64,000 nt of DNA from an uncultured Gammaproteobacteria bacterium (GTDB lineage Bacteria; Pseudomonadota; Gammaproteobacteria; CAWCPV01). The stretch is taken from assembly GCA_963797555.1 (NCBI GenBank), contig CAWCPV010000004.1, positions 352,001 to 416,000 of the forward strand, given 5' to 3'. The translations under genes and the position numbers were made by a program. Position 1 is the stretch's first letter. The number at the start of each line of letters is the position of its first letter. This document shows, piece by piece, positions 38,453 through 50,061 of this stretch. The notes below the pieces were generated by a model that was not told the origin of the DNA, made no database searches, and saw only the letters and a program-made list of their open reading frames with translations.

Positions 38453-38869
38453 GTGGAAAGCCAGGAACTGAAGAAGGCCGGCCTCAAGGCGACGCTTCCC
38501 CGCATCCGCATATTGGAAATGCTGGAGACTAGCGAGCAACGCCATTGGAGCGCCGAGCAGGTCTACAAGACACTACTGGAGAGCGGCGAGGACGTGGGTT
38601 TGGCGACGGTTTACCGCGTGCTGACGCAATTCGAGGGCGCCGGCCTGGTCACACGCCATAACTTCGACGCGGGTCACTCGGTGTTCGAGCTCAGTCAGGG
38701 GCCGCATCACGACCACATCCTGTGCGTGAAGTGCGGCAAGATCGCCGAGTTCGTGGATGACACCATCGAGAGTAGACAGCGGCAGATTGCGCAAGAGGCC
38801 GGATGGAGTATGACGGATCACGCGCTTGTGCTGTACGGCGTGTGTCCGGAGTGCGGGGCGGTCCGCTAG
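38453..38869 (+). CDS. fur: Ferric uptake regulator
   Basis: 'LKKAGLKATLPR', 'GLATVYRVL', 'HHDHILC'. Confidence 0.95.
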   Translation: MESQELKKAGLKATLPRIRILEMLETSEQRHWSAEQVYKTLLESGEDVGLATVYRVLTQFEGAGLVTRHNFDAGHSVFELSQGPHHDHILCVKCGKIAEFVDDTIESRQRQIAQEAGWSMTDHALVLYGVCPECGAVR

Positions 38870-38905
38870 GCTCAGATGTCGTGACGAAATCGTCGAGCAG
38901 CAGAT

Positions 38906-40606
38906 CTATCCGAGAAACTCTCGGGTACCACGGGTGTGGGCATGTTGGGCGCGATCCAGTAGATCCCGCGCGTGCGCCAGCGTGCGGGGGGTGACTTCTG
39001 CGCCCCCGGCCATGCGGGCAAGCTCCTGTACCCGCTCTTCCGCCGAAAGGTGGCGGGCGTCGGCGCGGGCGGCTTGCCCGCGGGCATCCTTGGTGACCTG
39101 AATGTGCTGGTGGGCGAGCGCGGCTACTTGGGGCAGATGGGTGATGCACAGCACCTGACGGCTCTGGGCTACGGCGAGCAGATGTTGACCGACCGTCTCC
39201 GCCACTCGGCCCCCAATCCCGACGTCCACCTCGTCGAAAACCAGCGTGGGTATGAGACCGCTGCGGGCCGTAGCCACGTGGATCGCCAGGCTGATGCGGG
39301 CCAGCTCCCCGCCGGAGGCGACCTTGCCCAGCGGCATCAAGGGATGTCCGGGGTTGGCGCTGACGTGGAAATCGACACCTTCGGTGCCGCCAGGGGAAGG
39401 CCGGTCCAGGGGCTCTAGAGTGACTGCAAACCGCCCGCCTGGCATGCCCAGGCGCTGCATGTCCTGGCTCACCTGTCGCTCCAAAGTTCGTGCCGCATGC
39501 TCACGCATGCCGCTCAACTCGGCGGCCAACTCGCGGTAACGGCGGGCGCCGTCGGCCACCGTCTCGGCGAGCGCCTGAAGACTCGCCTGCGCGCCTTCGA
39601 CGGCCGTCCACTCCTCGGCCAGCTGACGGGTGAGGTCCGGCAATGTCTCGGGGTCCACGCGGTGTTTGCGCGCCAGCTCCTGGATATGGGCGATGCGCTG
39701 TTGCACCTGATCCAGCCGTTCTGGGTCCGGCTCCAAGCGTCCCAGATAACGGCGTAGCTCATTGCTCGCTTCCTGTACGTGCACCGCGCCTTCGGCGAGG
39801 AGTTGACAGGCGTCGGTGAGTGCCGAATCCAGATCGCCGAGCTGTTGCAGCTCGGACAGTGCCCGGTTCATGACGTTCACCGCGGCGTGGTCTGGGTGGT
39901 CGTAGAGTGCTTCCAGCACCGCCTGCGTGCCCTGCGTGAGGCGGTAAACGTTGGCCAGCCGGCAATGCTCCTCCTGTAATGAATTCAGCTCGCCGGGCGC
40001 TACGCTCGATGCCTCCAACTCCGCGACCTGATGGCGCAGCAAGTCCGCGCGCGCCTCGCGTTCGCCACGATGGCGCGTCTCCTCCTCGAGGCGACGCTGG
40101 GCCTCGGTCCACGCATGGAACGCGTCCGCGACGCGCGCCGGGAGAGGAGCATGCCCGCCGTAATCGTCCAGCAGTTGGCGCTGCACGTCGCGGCGCAGCA
40201 ATGACTGGTGCTCGTGCTGGCCGTGGACGTCGACCAGCATCTGACCCAGCTCCCGCAGGGTTTGCAAGGAGACAGGCGCGTCGTTGATGTAGGCCCGTGT
40301 CCGACTGTCATTGCTCACGGTGCGGCGGATCAGGCACTCGTGCCCAGCCTCCAGACCGCGTTCCCCGAGCCAGTGCCGTATGGCCTCGAGGGCATGAATG
40401 TCGAAGCTCACCGCGATTTCCGATTGCCGGCCGCCGGGCCGCACCATCTGAGCATCGGCTCGGTCGCCGAGAGCGAGCGCCAGCGCCCCGACCACGATGG
40501 ACTTCCCGGCCCCAGTTTCCCCCGTGAATACCGTCATCCCGGGATCCATGGACAGATCGATCTGCGCCACGATGGCGAAGTCCCGGATGTGGATGTGCGT
40601 GAGCAT
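38906..40606 (-). CDS. recN: DNA repair protein RecN
   Basis: 'TGETGAGKS', 'ASGGELARI', 'FDEVDVGIGG', 'ITHLPQVA'. Confidence 0.95.
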   Translation of the reverse strand: MLTHIHIRDFAIVAQIDLSMDPGMTVFTGETGAGKSIVVGALALALGDRADAQMVRPGGRQSEIAVSFDIHALEAIRHWLGERGLEAGHECLIRRTVSNDSRTRAYINDAPVSLQTLRELGQMLVDVHGQHEHQSLLRRDVQRQLLDDYGGHAPLPARVADAFHAWTEAQRRLEEETRHRGEREARADLLRHQVAELEASSVAPGELNSLQEEHCRLANVYRLTQGTQAVLEALYDHPDHAAVNVMNRALSELQQLGDLDSALTDACQLLAEGAVHVQEASNELRRYLGRLEPDPERLDQVQQRIAHIQELARKHRVDPETLPDLTRQLAEEWTAVEGAQASLQALAETVADGARRYRELAAELSGMREHAARTLERQVSQDMQRLGMPGGRFAVTLEPLDRPSPGGTEGVDFHVSANPGHPLMPLGKVASGGELARISLAIHVATARSGLIPTLVFDEVDVGIGGRVAETVGQHLLAVAQSRQVLCITHLPQVAALAHQHIQVTKDARGQAARADARHLSAEERVQELARMAGGAEVTPRTLAHARDLLDRAQHAHTRGTREFLG

Positions 40607-40607
40607 C

Positions 40608-41484
40608 TCAGGCGTGCTTACCCCAGTTGAGCTTGGCGCGTAACAGCGCGAAGTAGTCATGGCCGGCGGGGTGGATCAAGCGGATCGGGTGGTCCTTGCG
40701 GTGCATGCGGACACGGTCGCCGGCCAGCAGACCCAGGCTGAGCTGTCCGTCGTAGGTGACTTGGGCGTCCTGGGTGCTGGCACTGACCCGTACCTCGATG
40801 CGGCTGTTGCCATCCACGATGATCGGCCGGTTGCTCAGGGTGTGGGGACAGATCGGAGCCAGTACCAGCGCATTGAGCGTCGGGTGCAGGATTGGGCCAC
40901 CTGCAGAGAGCGCATACGCGGTGGAGCCCGTGGGCGTGGAGACGATGAGTCCGTCGGAGCGTTGGGTGTTGACGAACTGGTCGTCGATATAGGTCTCGAA
41001 CTCGATCATGCGAGCGACGCTCCACTTGTGGACGACTACATCGTTGAGGGCGTCGCTGCAGGAGATTGTCTCATCGCCGCGGTGAACGCTGGCGTGCAGC
41101 AGGAACCGCGACTCTTCGAGGTACCGTCCGTGAAGGATGTCCTCGACGGTGCCGAGCATCTCGTGCGGCGAGACATCGGTCAGGAAACCCGAGACGTCCA
41201 ACATTCACACCCAGGAGCGGCACGTCGTGGGACGCGAGGGTCCGCGCCGCATTGAGCAGTGTCCCGTCGCCGCCCACCACGATCGCGATGTCGCAACGCT
41301 CCCCCAGGGCTTCTTGCCCCAGGAGTTGCAGATCCTCGCCCGCGACCAACGCGGCGCTTGCCTGGTCCACAAAGACCTGGATCCCGCGGCTCCCCAGATG
41401 CCTGGATAGCTGTTTCAGGGTGGCCGCGACATTGACGTCGGCATGCTTTCCGATCAGGCCAACAGTGTGAAAATGCGCCGACAT
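40608..41484 (-). CDS. nadK: NAD kinase (frameshift near 41195)
   Basis: 'GGDGTLL', 'ALNDVV', 'DGLIVSTPTGSTAYALSAGGP'. Confidence 0.92.
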
Positions 41485-41614
41485 CTTGATACTCCGGCAA
41501 GACGTGCCCAAATTAGCACGGTGACAGTGGGGCGCCAACTTCGAGCACGGTTTGCAAGTTTCGCACCAGGAGTGCAAAATTCCCTTCGCTCATGAGCGGA
41601 GTTGTCGAGACCGT

Positions 41615-42664
41615 ATGTCGGCGGTGATGAGGACTGTAGTACTCAGCGAACGGGCCCAACGGCTGCTGAAGGCGTTGATAGAGGGCTATATTCGAGACGG
41701 AAGGCCGGTGGGTTCCCGCACCTTGGCCAAGGAAGCGGGCCTGGACCTGAGCCCCGCGACAGTTCGCAACGAGATGGCAGACTTGGAGGAGTTGGGGCTC
41801 GTCACCTCTCCCCATACTTCGGCCGGGCGGGTGCCTACCGTGCGGGGCTACCGTCTCTTCGTCGACTCTCTGATGACCGTGGCCCCGCTGTCTATGCAGG
41901 ATATTCAGCGCCTGCGTTCCCGGCTCAACCCGGACCAAACCATCAAGGCTCTGCTGACGACCGCTTCCGGGCTCCTCTCGGGGATCACTCACTTTGCCAG
42001 TCTGGTCATGTGGCCGCGACGTGATCGGGTGACTTTGCGGCAAGTGCAGTTCCTGCCTCTGAGCGCGGATCGGGTGCTGGTCATCATGGTGTTGAACGAG
42101 CGTGAAGTGCGCAGCACCGTGGTTCATACCGGCCGGCACTACACAGCGGCAGAGCTGTATGCGGCTACCAGCTACCTGAACCGCGTCTACGGTGGACAGG
42201 ACGTGTTCGCCATCCGGGATGCCTTGCTGGCGGAGATGCGCCAGGCGAGCAGGGACATGGGTGAGATGGTTAGTGCCGCCCTGGAGATGGCGGACAAGGC
42301 TTTTCACGCCGAGACGGGCGACGACGACTACGTGGTTGCGGGCCAGGGCAACCTGTTGGAGTTCGCGGACCAAGATAACCTGGACCGGTTACGGCAGCTA
42401 TTCGATGCCTTCAGCCAAAAGAGGGATATCATTCACCTCCTCGATCGGTGCCTCTACGCCGAGGGCGCGTGCATCCTGATTGGTGCCGAGTCCGGACACC
42501 GGGCGCTGACGGATTACAGCCTGATTACTTCGCCGTACGGTGCCAGAGGGCAGCTACTGGGGGTCGTTGGTGTGATAGGGCCGACCCGCATGCCCTACGC
42601 GAAGGTCATTCCCCTCGTCGACACGACCGCCAGGTTGCTCGGCGAGGCATTGAATCTCCAATAA
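41615..42664 (+). CDS. hrcA: Heat-inducible repressor HrcA
   Basis: 'PVGSRTL', 'SPATVRNEMADLE', 'PHTSAGRVPT', 'GVIGPTRM.Y'. Confidence 0.95.
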   Translation: MSAVMRTVVLSERAQRLLKALIEGYIRDGRPVGSRTLAKEAGLDLSPATVRNEMADLEELGLVTSPHTSAGRVPTVRGYRLFVDSLMTVAPLSMQDIQRLRSRLNPDQTIKALLTTASGLLSGITHFASLVMWPRRDRVTLRQVQFLPLSADRVLVIMVLNEREVRSTVVHTGRHYTAAELYAATSYLNRVYGGQDVFAIRDALLAEMRQASRDMGEMVSAALEMADKAFHAETGDDDYVVAGQGNLLEFADQDNLDRLRQLFDAFSQKRDIIHLLDRCLYAEGACILIGAESGHRALTDYSLITSPYGARGQLLGVVGVIGPTRMPYAKVIPLVDTTARLLGEALNLQ

Positions 42665-42676
42665 CAGCCTCTATAT
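42649..42676 (+). promoter_or_regulatory. Sigma32-like promoter of grpE
   Basis: ATTGAA-13-CCTCTATAT versus consensus CTTGAA-N13-17-CCCCATNT. Confidence 0.45.
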
Positions 42677-42758
42677 TCGGACCCTAAGGTGTCCCCGCTG
42701 ACCGGGAGGCGCTGCCGTTGCCAGTCCCAAGGACTAGATGCGTACAGGAGCTTGCATC

Positions 42759-43358
42759 ATGGTCAATGAGCCACACACACCCGCAGAGCCCGAGTCCTCT
42801 AGTGCGGAGGAGTTGTCCGCCGTGCAGGAGCGGGAGCTAGAGGAGCGGCAGATCGCCGCCGAGGCCGAGCCCGAGAGGTCGATGGAGCGGTTAGCCGGAC
42901 TGCTGGAGGATGCCCGTTCCAAGGCCGACGAGCACTGGGATCAGCTGCTGCGGGCGCGGGCAGATCTGGAGAACGAGCGGCGTCGGTTCCAGCGCGACTT
43001 GGAGAATGCTCATAAGTTTGGGTTAGAGCGCTTCGCTCTGGAACTGCTACCCGTGAAAGACAGCCTGGAGCTCGGTCTGGCGGCAGCCGCTGATGCGCAG
43101 GGAGTGGGAAAGCTGCGCGAGGGTGTCGAGCTGACCCTGAAGATGTTGCAGACCGCCTTCGAAAAGTTCGGCATTACCGAGGTGGACCCCGCGGGCGAAC
43201 GTTTCAACCCGGAGCTTCACCAGGCAATGTCCACCCTGGAGTCCGACAAGGTAGAACCGAACACGGTGGTGACCGTGTATCAGAAGGGCTACCTCCTGAA
43301 CGACAGGTTATTGCGCCCGGCGTTGGTGGTGGTCGCCAAGGCACCGGGCGTGCACTAG
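42759..43358 (+). CDS. grpE: Nucleotide exchange factor GrpE
   Basis: '[13 protein letters not shown]', 'FNPELHQA', '[18 protein letters not shown]'. Confidence 0.95.
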   Translation: MVNEPHTPAEPESSSAEELSAVQERELEERQIAAEAEPERSMERLAGLLEDARSKADEHWDQLLRARADLENERRRFQRDLENAHKFGLERFALELLPVKDSLELGLAAAADAQGVGKLREGVELTLKMLQTAFEKFGITEVDPAGERFNPELHQAMSTLESDKVEPNTVVTVYQKGYLLNDRLLRPALVVVAKAPGVH

Positions 43359-43368
43359 TACTAGAGAA

Positions 43369-43397
43369 CTTGATCGGCGCCCAGTCAACCCCTATAT
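43369..43397 (+). promoter_or_regulatory. Sigma32-like promoter of dnaK
   Basis: CTTGAT-14-CCCCTATAT. Confidence 0.6.
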
Positions 43398-43460
43398 GGC
43401 TTTGACGGTGGGTGCACCAACCTCGGTTTCCGCCGGCGGGCAAAGAATGGAGCATGGATC

Positions 43461-45383
43461 ATGGGCAAGACGATAGGTATTGACCTGGGGACCACGAACT
43501 CGTGCGTGGCGATCATGGAGGGCGGCCGCCCCAAGGTGATCGAGAACAGCGAGGGTGGCCGCACCACGCCCTCCGTCGTCGCTTTCACCGGTGATGGTGA
43601 GGTCCTGGTGGGGCAGGCCGCCAAGCGGCAGGCGGTGACCAATCCCAGCCACACCCTGTTCGCCATCAAGCGACTGATCGGCCGTCGCTATGACGAAGAG
43701 GTCGTGCAGCGCGACATCAAGATGATGCCGTACAAAATCGTGCGGGCCGATAATGGGGATGCGTGGGTGGAGGTCCGGGGCAAGAAAACGGCGGCGCCGG
43801 AGATCTCGGCCCACGTGCTGCGCAAGATGAAGAAGACCGCTGAAGATTACCTCGGCGAGCCGGTAACGGAAGCGGTGATCACAGTGCCGGCGTACTTCAA
43901 TGATTCGCAGCGCCAGGCCACCAAAGACGCGGGGCGCATTGCCGGCTTGGAGGTCAAGCGCATCATCAACGAGCCGACGGCCGCGGCGCTTGCCTTCGGT
44001 ATGGACAAGAAGCCAGGAGAGTCGAAGATTGCGGTCTACGACCTCGGTGGCGGGACCTTCGACATCTCCATCATCGAGATTGCGGAGGTGGAAGGCGAGC
44101 ACCAGTTCGAGGTGCTGTCTACCAACGGGGACACTTTTTTGGGTGGCGAGGATTTCGACAAGCGCGTCATCGACTACCTGGCAGATGAGTTCAGGAAAGA
44201 CACCGGGATCGACATTCGACAGGATCCACTGGCGATGCAGCGGCTGAAGGAGGCTGCCGAGAAGGCCAAGATTGAGCTGTCCTCCAGCCAGCAGACAGAC
44301 GTGAACCTGCCCTACATCACCGCGGACGCGGCTGGCCCCAAGCACCTGAACATCAAAGTGACGCGCGCCAAGCTCGAGTCCCTGGTGGAGGATCTCATCG
44401 AGCGCACCATCGAGCCGTGCAAGGTCGCGCTCAAGGATGCGGGCTTGCCTGCATCGGGCATCAGCGACGTGATCCTGGTCGGAGGGCAGACCCGTATGCC
44501 GAAGGTCCAGGAGGTGGTCAGGAGCCTCTTTGACCGAGAGCCGCGGAAGGACGTCAATCCGGACGAGGCAGTGGCGGTTGGCGCTGCCATCCAGGCGGCG
44601 GTGCTGGCCGGCGAGGTGAAGGACGTCCTGCTCCTGGATGTGACGCCCCTTTCTCTCGGGATCGAGACTCTCGGGGGAGTGATGACCAAGATCATCGAGA
44701 AGAACACCACTATCCCGACCAAGGCGTCGCAGGTCTTCTCGACGGCGGAGGACACTCAGAGCGCGGTGACGGTTCACGTGCTGCAGGGGGAGCGCGAGAT
44801 GGCTTCCGCCAATAAATCGCTGGGCCGTTTCGACCTCACCGGGATTCCGCCAGCGCCGCGGGGTGTACCGCAGATCGAGGTCACCTTCAACATCGACGCC
44901 AACGGCATCCTGCACGTCTCGGCCAAGGACAAGGCCACGGGGCGGGAGCAGTCCATTCAGATCCGCGCCTCCAGCGGTCTCAGCGAGGACGAGATCAAGA
45001 AGATGGTCAAGGATGCCGAGGCGCATGCCGATGAGGACCGCCGCTTCCACGAGCTGGTGGAGGTCCGCAACCGTGCGGACAATCTGATTCACGCAACCAA
45101 CAAGTCGCTGAAGGAGCTGGGAGACAAGGCTAGCGAGAGCGAGAAGAGCCGCGTCGAATCCGCCATCAAGGAGCTTCAGGAGGCCATGAAGGGCGACAAC
45201 AAGGAGGCCGTCGAGGCCAAGACACAGGCTCTGGCCGAGGCCTCGGGGAAGCTGGCAGAGCGCCTTTACGCCCAGCAGCAGAGCGAGTCCGGCGGCAGCA
45301 CGGAACACCCGTCCGGGCAAAGGGAGAAAGAGGATGTAGTGGACGCGGAGTTCGAAGAGGTGAAGGGTGACGACAAACGGTGA
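43461..45383 (+). CDS. dnaK: Chaperone DnaK
   Basis: '[10 protein letters not shown]', '[10 protein letters not shown]'. Confidence 0.98.
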   Translation: MGKTIGIDLGTTNSCVAIMEGGRPKVIENSEGGRTTPSVVAFTGDGEVLVGQAAKRQAVTNPSHTLFAIKRLIGRRYDEEVVQRDIKMMPYKIVRADNGDAWVEVRGKKTAAPEISAHVLRKMKKTAEDYLGEPVTEAVITVPAYFNDSQRQATKDAGRIAGLEVKRIINEPTAAALAFGMDKKPGESKIAVYDLGGGTFDISIIEIAEVEGEHQFEVLSTNGDTFLGGEDFDKRVIDYLADEFRKDTGIDIRQDPLAMQRLKEAAEKAKIELSSSQQTDVNLPYITADAAGPKHLNIKVTRAKLESLVEDLIERTIEPCKVALKDAGLPASGISDVILVGGQTRMPKVQEVVRSLFDREPRKDVNPDEAVAVGAAIQAAVLAGEVKDVLLLDVTPLSLGIETLGGVMTKIIEKNTTIPTKASQVFSTAEDTQSAVTVHVLQGEREMASANKSLGRFDLTGIPPAPRGVPQIEVTFNIDANGILHVSAKDKATGREQSIQIRASSGLSEDEIKKMVKDAEAHADEDRRFHELVEVRNRADNLIHATNKSLKELGDKASESEKSRVESAIKELQEAMKGDNKEAVEAKTQALAEASGKLAERLYAQQQSESGGSTEHPSGQREKEDVVDAEFEEVKGDDKR

Positions 45384-45524
45384 GGGCGGCGTTGTGGATC
45401 GCTGCAGCGGCGGGGAGGTGCGGAGAGCTTTCGCGCCTGTTCGTCGCCATCTGGGTACGGAGCCTCTCGGCGCCGCGCAAGGGTCGGGTCCTAGAAGGGA
45501 TGTCGGCCCCGCGGTGCGGCTCTG

Positions 45525-46691
45525 CTAGCGTAGTGCTTGGTAATTAACGGAACATATATGATCTATCGCTGTCCAGGGCTATGAAGCCAAGACAGGAGAG
45601 CACTGATGCGAGTAGCCCCGATGGTCCGACTGAGCGCGGAAGAACAGCGGAGCCTGAGGCGTGTGTCGCGTTCGAACACCACGAGTGTGAGGCTGGCCCG
45701 CCGAGCGCGCATTGTGCTGTTGGCGGCGGTGGGCATGGAGAACAAGGCCATCGCGGCGGAACTCAAGATTGGGCGTGTGCAGGTTGGGCGTTGGCGGGAG
45801 CGCTATGCGCAAGGCGGGCTGGCGGCCATCGAGTGTGACCTGCCGCGCGGAGGTCGTCAGCCCAAGGTGGATGCCGCCGAGATCGTGCGACGCACGACTC
45901 AGACCCAGCCCTTAGCAGCGACACAGTGGAGTACGCGGACCCTGGCTAAGGAAATGGGAGTGAGCGACACCACGGTGCTGCGCGTGTGGCATGCCCATGG
46001 GCTGAAGCCGCATCGTGTCGAATCCTTCAAGGTATCGCGCGACCCGAAATTCACCGAGAAGTTGGAGGACATCGTCGGGCTGTATCTGTCCCCCCCGGAG
46101 CATGCTTTGGTGTTGTGCTGCGACGAGAAGAGTCAGGTTCAGGCGCTGGATCGTACCCAACCTGGCCTGCCGCTGAAGAAGGGGCGGGCTGCGACCATGA
46201 CCCATGACTACAAGCGCCATGGCACCACGACACTGTTTGCTGCCCTGAACACCTTGGAGGGTTCCGTGATTGCCCGCTGCGAGCCGCACCATCGCCACAC
46301 GGAGTGGCTCACCTTCCTGCGCCAAATCGACCGCGAGACGCCCAAGGACAAGGAACTGCACTTGGTCTGCGACAACTACGCCACCCACAAACATCCCAAC
46401 GTTCAGAAATGGCTGGGAAAACACCCGCGTTTCCACATCCATTTCACGCCCACCTCAGCATCCTGGTTGAACATGGTCGAGCGATTCTTCCGCGACCTGA
46501 CTGTGGATCGGTTGCGCCGTGGCGTGTTTCGAAGCGTCCCCGAGTTGATCCCTGCCATCAACCGCTATGTCGATGCCCACAACGCCAATCCCAAACCCTT
46601 CATCTGGACCGCCAAGGCTAAGGACATCCTGCAGAAGGTCATCCGCGCCAACGCACGTTTAAGTTCTAAACAGAATGAAGCACTACACTAG
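45525..46691 (+). mobile_element. IS630-family element, copy 2 (intact 361-aa transposase 45606-46691)
   Basis: Ends CTAGCGTAGTGCTT / AAGCACTACACTAG; HTH plus DDE; lies between dnaK and dnaJ. Confidence 0.95.
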
Positions 46692-46745
46692 CGTACTTGA
46701 GGAGGGGCTGGAACGTGCTGTCCTCCTCCCGTATTCGGTCCGGTA

Positions 46746-47875
46746 ATGCCCAAGAGAGACTATTACGACGTCCTGGGATTGGCCCGCAACGCCAGCGAGG
46801 CGGAGATCAAGAAGGCCTACCGGCGTTTCGCAATGAAGCATCATCCCGACCGCAACCCCGCAGACAAGGATGCCGAGGAGCGCTTCAAGGAGTGCAAAGA
46901 AGCCTACGAGGTGCTGAGTGACGCCCGCAGACGCGCCGCCTACGATCAGTTCGGTCACGCCGGGGTAGATCCGGCTGCGGCGGCCGGGGCGGGCTTTGGA
47001 GGCGGCGCATCGTTCGGCGACATCTTCGGCGATATCTTCAGCGACATCTTCGGGGCCGGCCGCGGGGGTCGGGATCAGGCGTATCGCGGGGCAGACCTGC
47101 GCTATCACCTGGATCTCTCCCTGGAGGAGGCGGTCCAGGGCACCACGGTCCAGATCAGGGTGCCGTCTGTCTCCATCTGTCGCGCTTGCCAGGGGAGTGG
47201 CGCTCGCGCGGGGACACAAGCGACCACCTGTCCCACCTGTGGTGGGCGCGGCCAGGTGCGCATCCAACAGGGTTTCTTCTCGATACAGCAGACTTGCCCG
47301 CGCTGCCGCGGTCGGGGCCAACTCATCCTGGAACCGTGCACGACTTGCGGTGGCGCAGGTCGGGTGCGGGAGCAGAAGACCCTCTCCGTGAAGATCCCTC
47401 CCGGGGTCGACAGCGGCGACCGCATTCGCGTGGCCGCCGAAGGCGAAGTGGGCGAGCGGGGGGGTCGGCGGGTGATCTGTATGTCCAGATCAAGGTCCGC
47501 CCTCACCCCATCTTCACCCGAGAGGGCAACGACCTGCACTCGGAGGTGCCTGTCACCTTCGGGACGGCAGCGCTCGGTGGGGAACTGCAGGTTCCGACGC
47601 TGGAGGGTCAGGTGACCCTGAAGATTCCCCCGGGCACACAGACCGACAAGGTGTTCCGCGTGCGCGGAAAGGGAGTGCGCTCTGTGCACAGCACCGGAAC
47701 TGGAGACTTGCTCTGCCGCGTCGTAGTGGAAACGCCGGTGCATCTCAACCGGCGGCAGCGCGAGCTACTCGAAGAGTTCGAGAAGACGTTGAGCGAGGGA
47801 AGTGACCGACACAGTCCGCGCACCGCCTCATGGCTGGACAGCGTGAAGAGGTTCTTCGAAGACATGAAGTTCTAG
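46746..47875 (+). CDS. dnaJ: Chaperone DnaJ (frameshift in a G-run near 47460)
   Basis: HPD motif; four CxxCxGxG zinc motifs; C-terminus in a second frame. Confidence 0.95.
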
Positions 47876-48742
<867 letters not shown>

Positions 48743-48840
48743 GGCTGGCGTGGACATCATGACCGGCGGTCCCCTATAATTCACGATCGGTTTGAAGCAC
48801 TTCGCTGAGCGGGAGGGTACGCCGGAACCTCCCGCTTCGC

Positions 48841-50055
48841 ATGTCTGTGGAGGTGATCGTGCGCCCGCGCGCGTTGTTGGCCCTTGAAGACGGCAGTCTG
48901 TTCTGGGGCGAGTCCATCGGCGCAGAGGGGCAGAGCGTAGGCGAGGTGGTATTCAACACGGCCATCGCCGGCTATCAAGAGATCCTCACAGACCCCTCCT
49001 ACCACCGCCAGATCGTCACCCTCACATATCCTCACGTCGGCAATGTCGGCGTCAACGCGGAGGACCAGGAGTCCTCCCGGGTGTGGCTCGCGGGTCTCGT
49101 GATCCGCGACCTCGCTCGCCGCATGAGCAGCTGGCGCGCCCAGGGAACGTTGTCGGACTACCTGCGCGGCCAAGGTATCGTGGCCATTGCCGGGGTCGAT
49201 ACCCGACGTTTGACCAGGCTGCTTCGGGAGAAGGGCGTTCAGAATGGGTGTGTTCAGGCCGGGGGCGGCATCGATGGGCCGGTGGCGCTCGCGGCGGCGC
49301 GGGCCTTTCCGGGCCTGAAGGGCATGGACCTCGCGCGCGAGGTGACGACCGCGCATCCGTACCGTTGGGTCGAGGGGATGTGGAAGAGTCGGCGGGGCGC
49401 GTCGCCGGGGTCCATCGTGCGATGCCCACAGGACGCCTATCACGTGGTGGCCTACGACTTCGGGGTCAAGCACAACATCTTGCGCCTGCTGGTCGAGCGG
49501 GGCTGCCGAGTCACCGTGGTGCCGGCCCAGACGACGGCCTCGGAGGCGGCCGCGCTGAGCCCGGACGGCATTTTTCTGTCGAACGGCCCCGGGGATCCCG
49601 AGCCGTGCGACTACGCCATCGGCGCCATACGGCAGTTCCTCGACCGGAAACTTCCCCTGTTCGGCATCTGTCTGGGCCACCAGCTGCTCGGGCTCGCCGG
49701 CGGCGGCCGCACGGTCAAGATGAAGTTCGGTCATCATGGGGCCAACCATCCGGTGCTGGAGCTGGCAACCGGTCGGGTGGTCATCACCAGTCAAAACCAT
49801 GGCTTCGCCGTGGAAGAGGCGAGCCTCCCCTTCAACGTCCGTCCCACCCACCGTTCCCTCTTTGACGGCAGTCTACAAGGGATGGAGTTCGCAGACTGCC
49901 CGGCGTTCAGCTTCCAAGGCCATCCGGAGGCCAGCCCCGGCCCGCACGACATCGCCGACATGTTTGACCACTTCATCGACCTCATGGCCGCGGTACACAG
50001 CGCGCGTGCGGCTCCACCGACCGCCCAGCCCCAGTATCGGGACGCCGCGGGCTGA
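48841..50055 (+). CDS. carA: Carbamoyl-phosphate synthase small subunit
   Basis: '[11 protein letters not shown]', 'SNGPGDP', 'GICLGHQ', 'HPEASPGP'. Confidence 0.96.
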   Translation: MSVEVIVRPRALLALEDGSLFWGESIGAEGQSVGEVVFNTAIAGYQEILTDPSYHRQIVTLTYPHVGNVGVNAEDQESSRVWLAGLVIRDLARRMSSWRAQGTLSDYLRGQGIVAIAGVDTRRLTRLLREKGVQNGCVQAGGGIDGPVALAAARAFPGLKGMDLAREVTTAHPYRWVEGMWKSRRGASPGSIVRCPQDAYHVVAYDFGVKHNILRLLVERGCRVTVVPAQTTASEAAALSPDGIFLSNGPGDPEPCDYAIGAIRQFLDRKLPLFGICLGHQLLGLAGGGRTVKMKFGHHGANHPVLELATGRVVITSQNHGFAVEEASLPFNVRPTHRSLFDGSLQGMEFADCPAFSFQGHPEASPGPHDIADMFDHFIDLMAAVHSARAAPPTAQPQYRDAAG

Positions 50056-50061
50056 GGCGCC

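Noticed and set aside
41513-41578. CIRCE operator upstream of hrcA
   Set aside because: Half-sites TTAGCAC and GAGTGCAAA are present, but the partners are degenerate or spaced one base off
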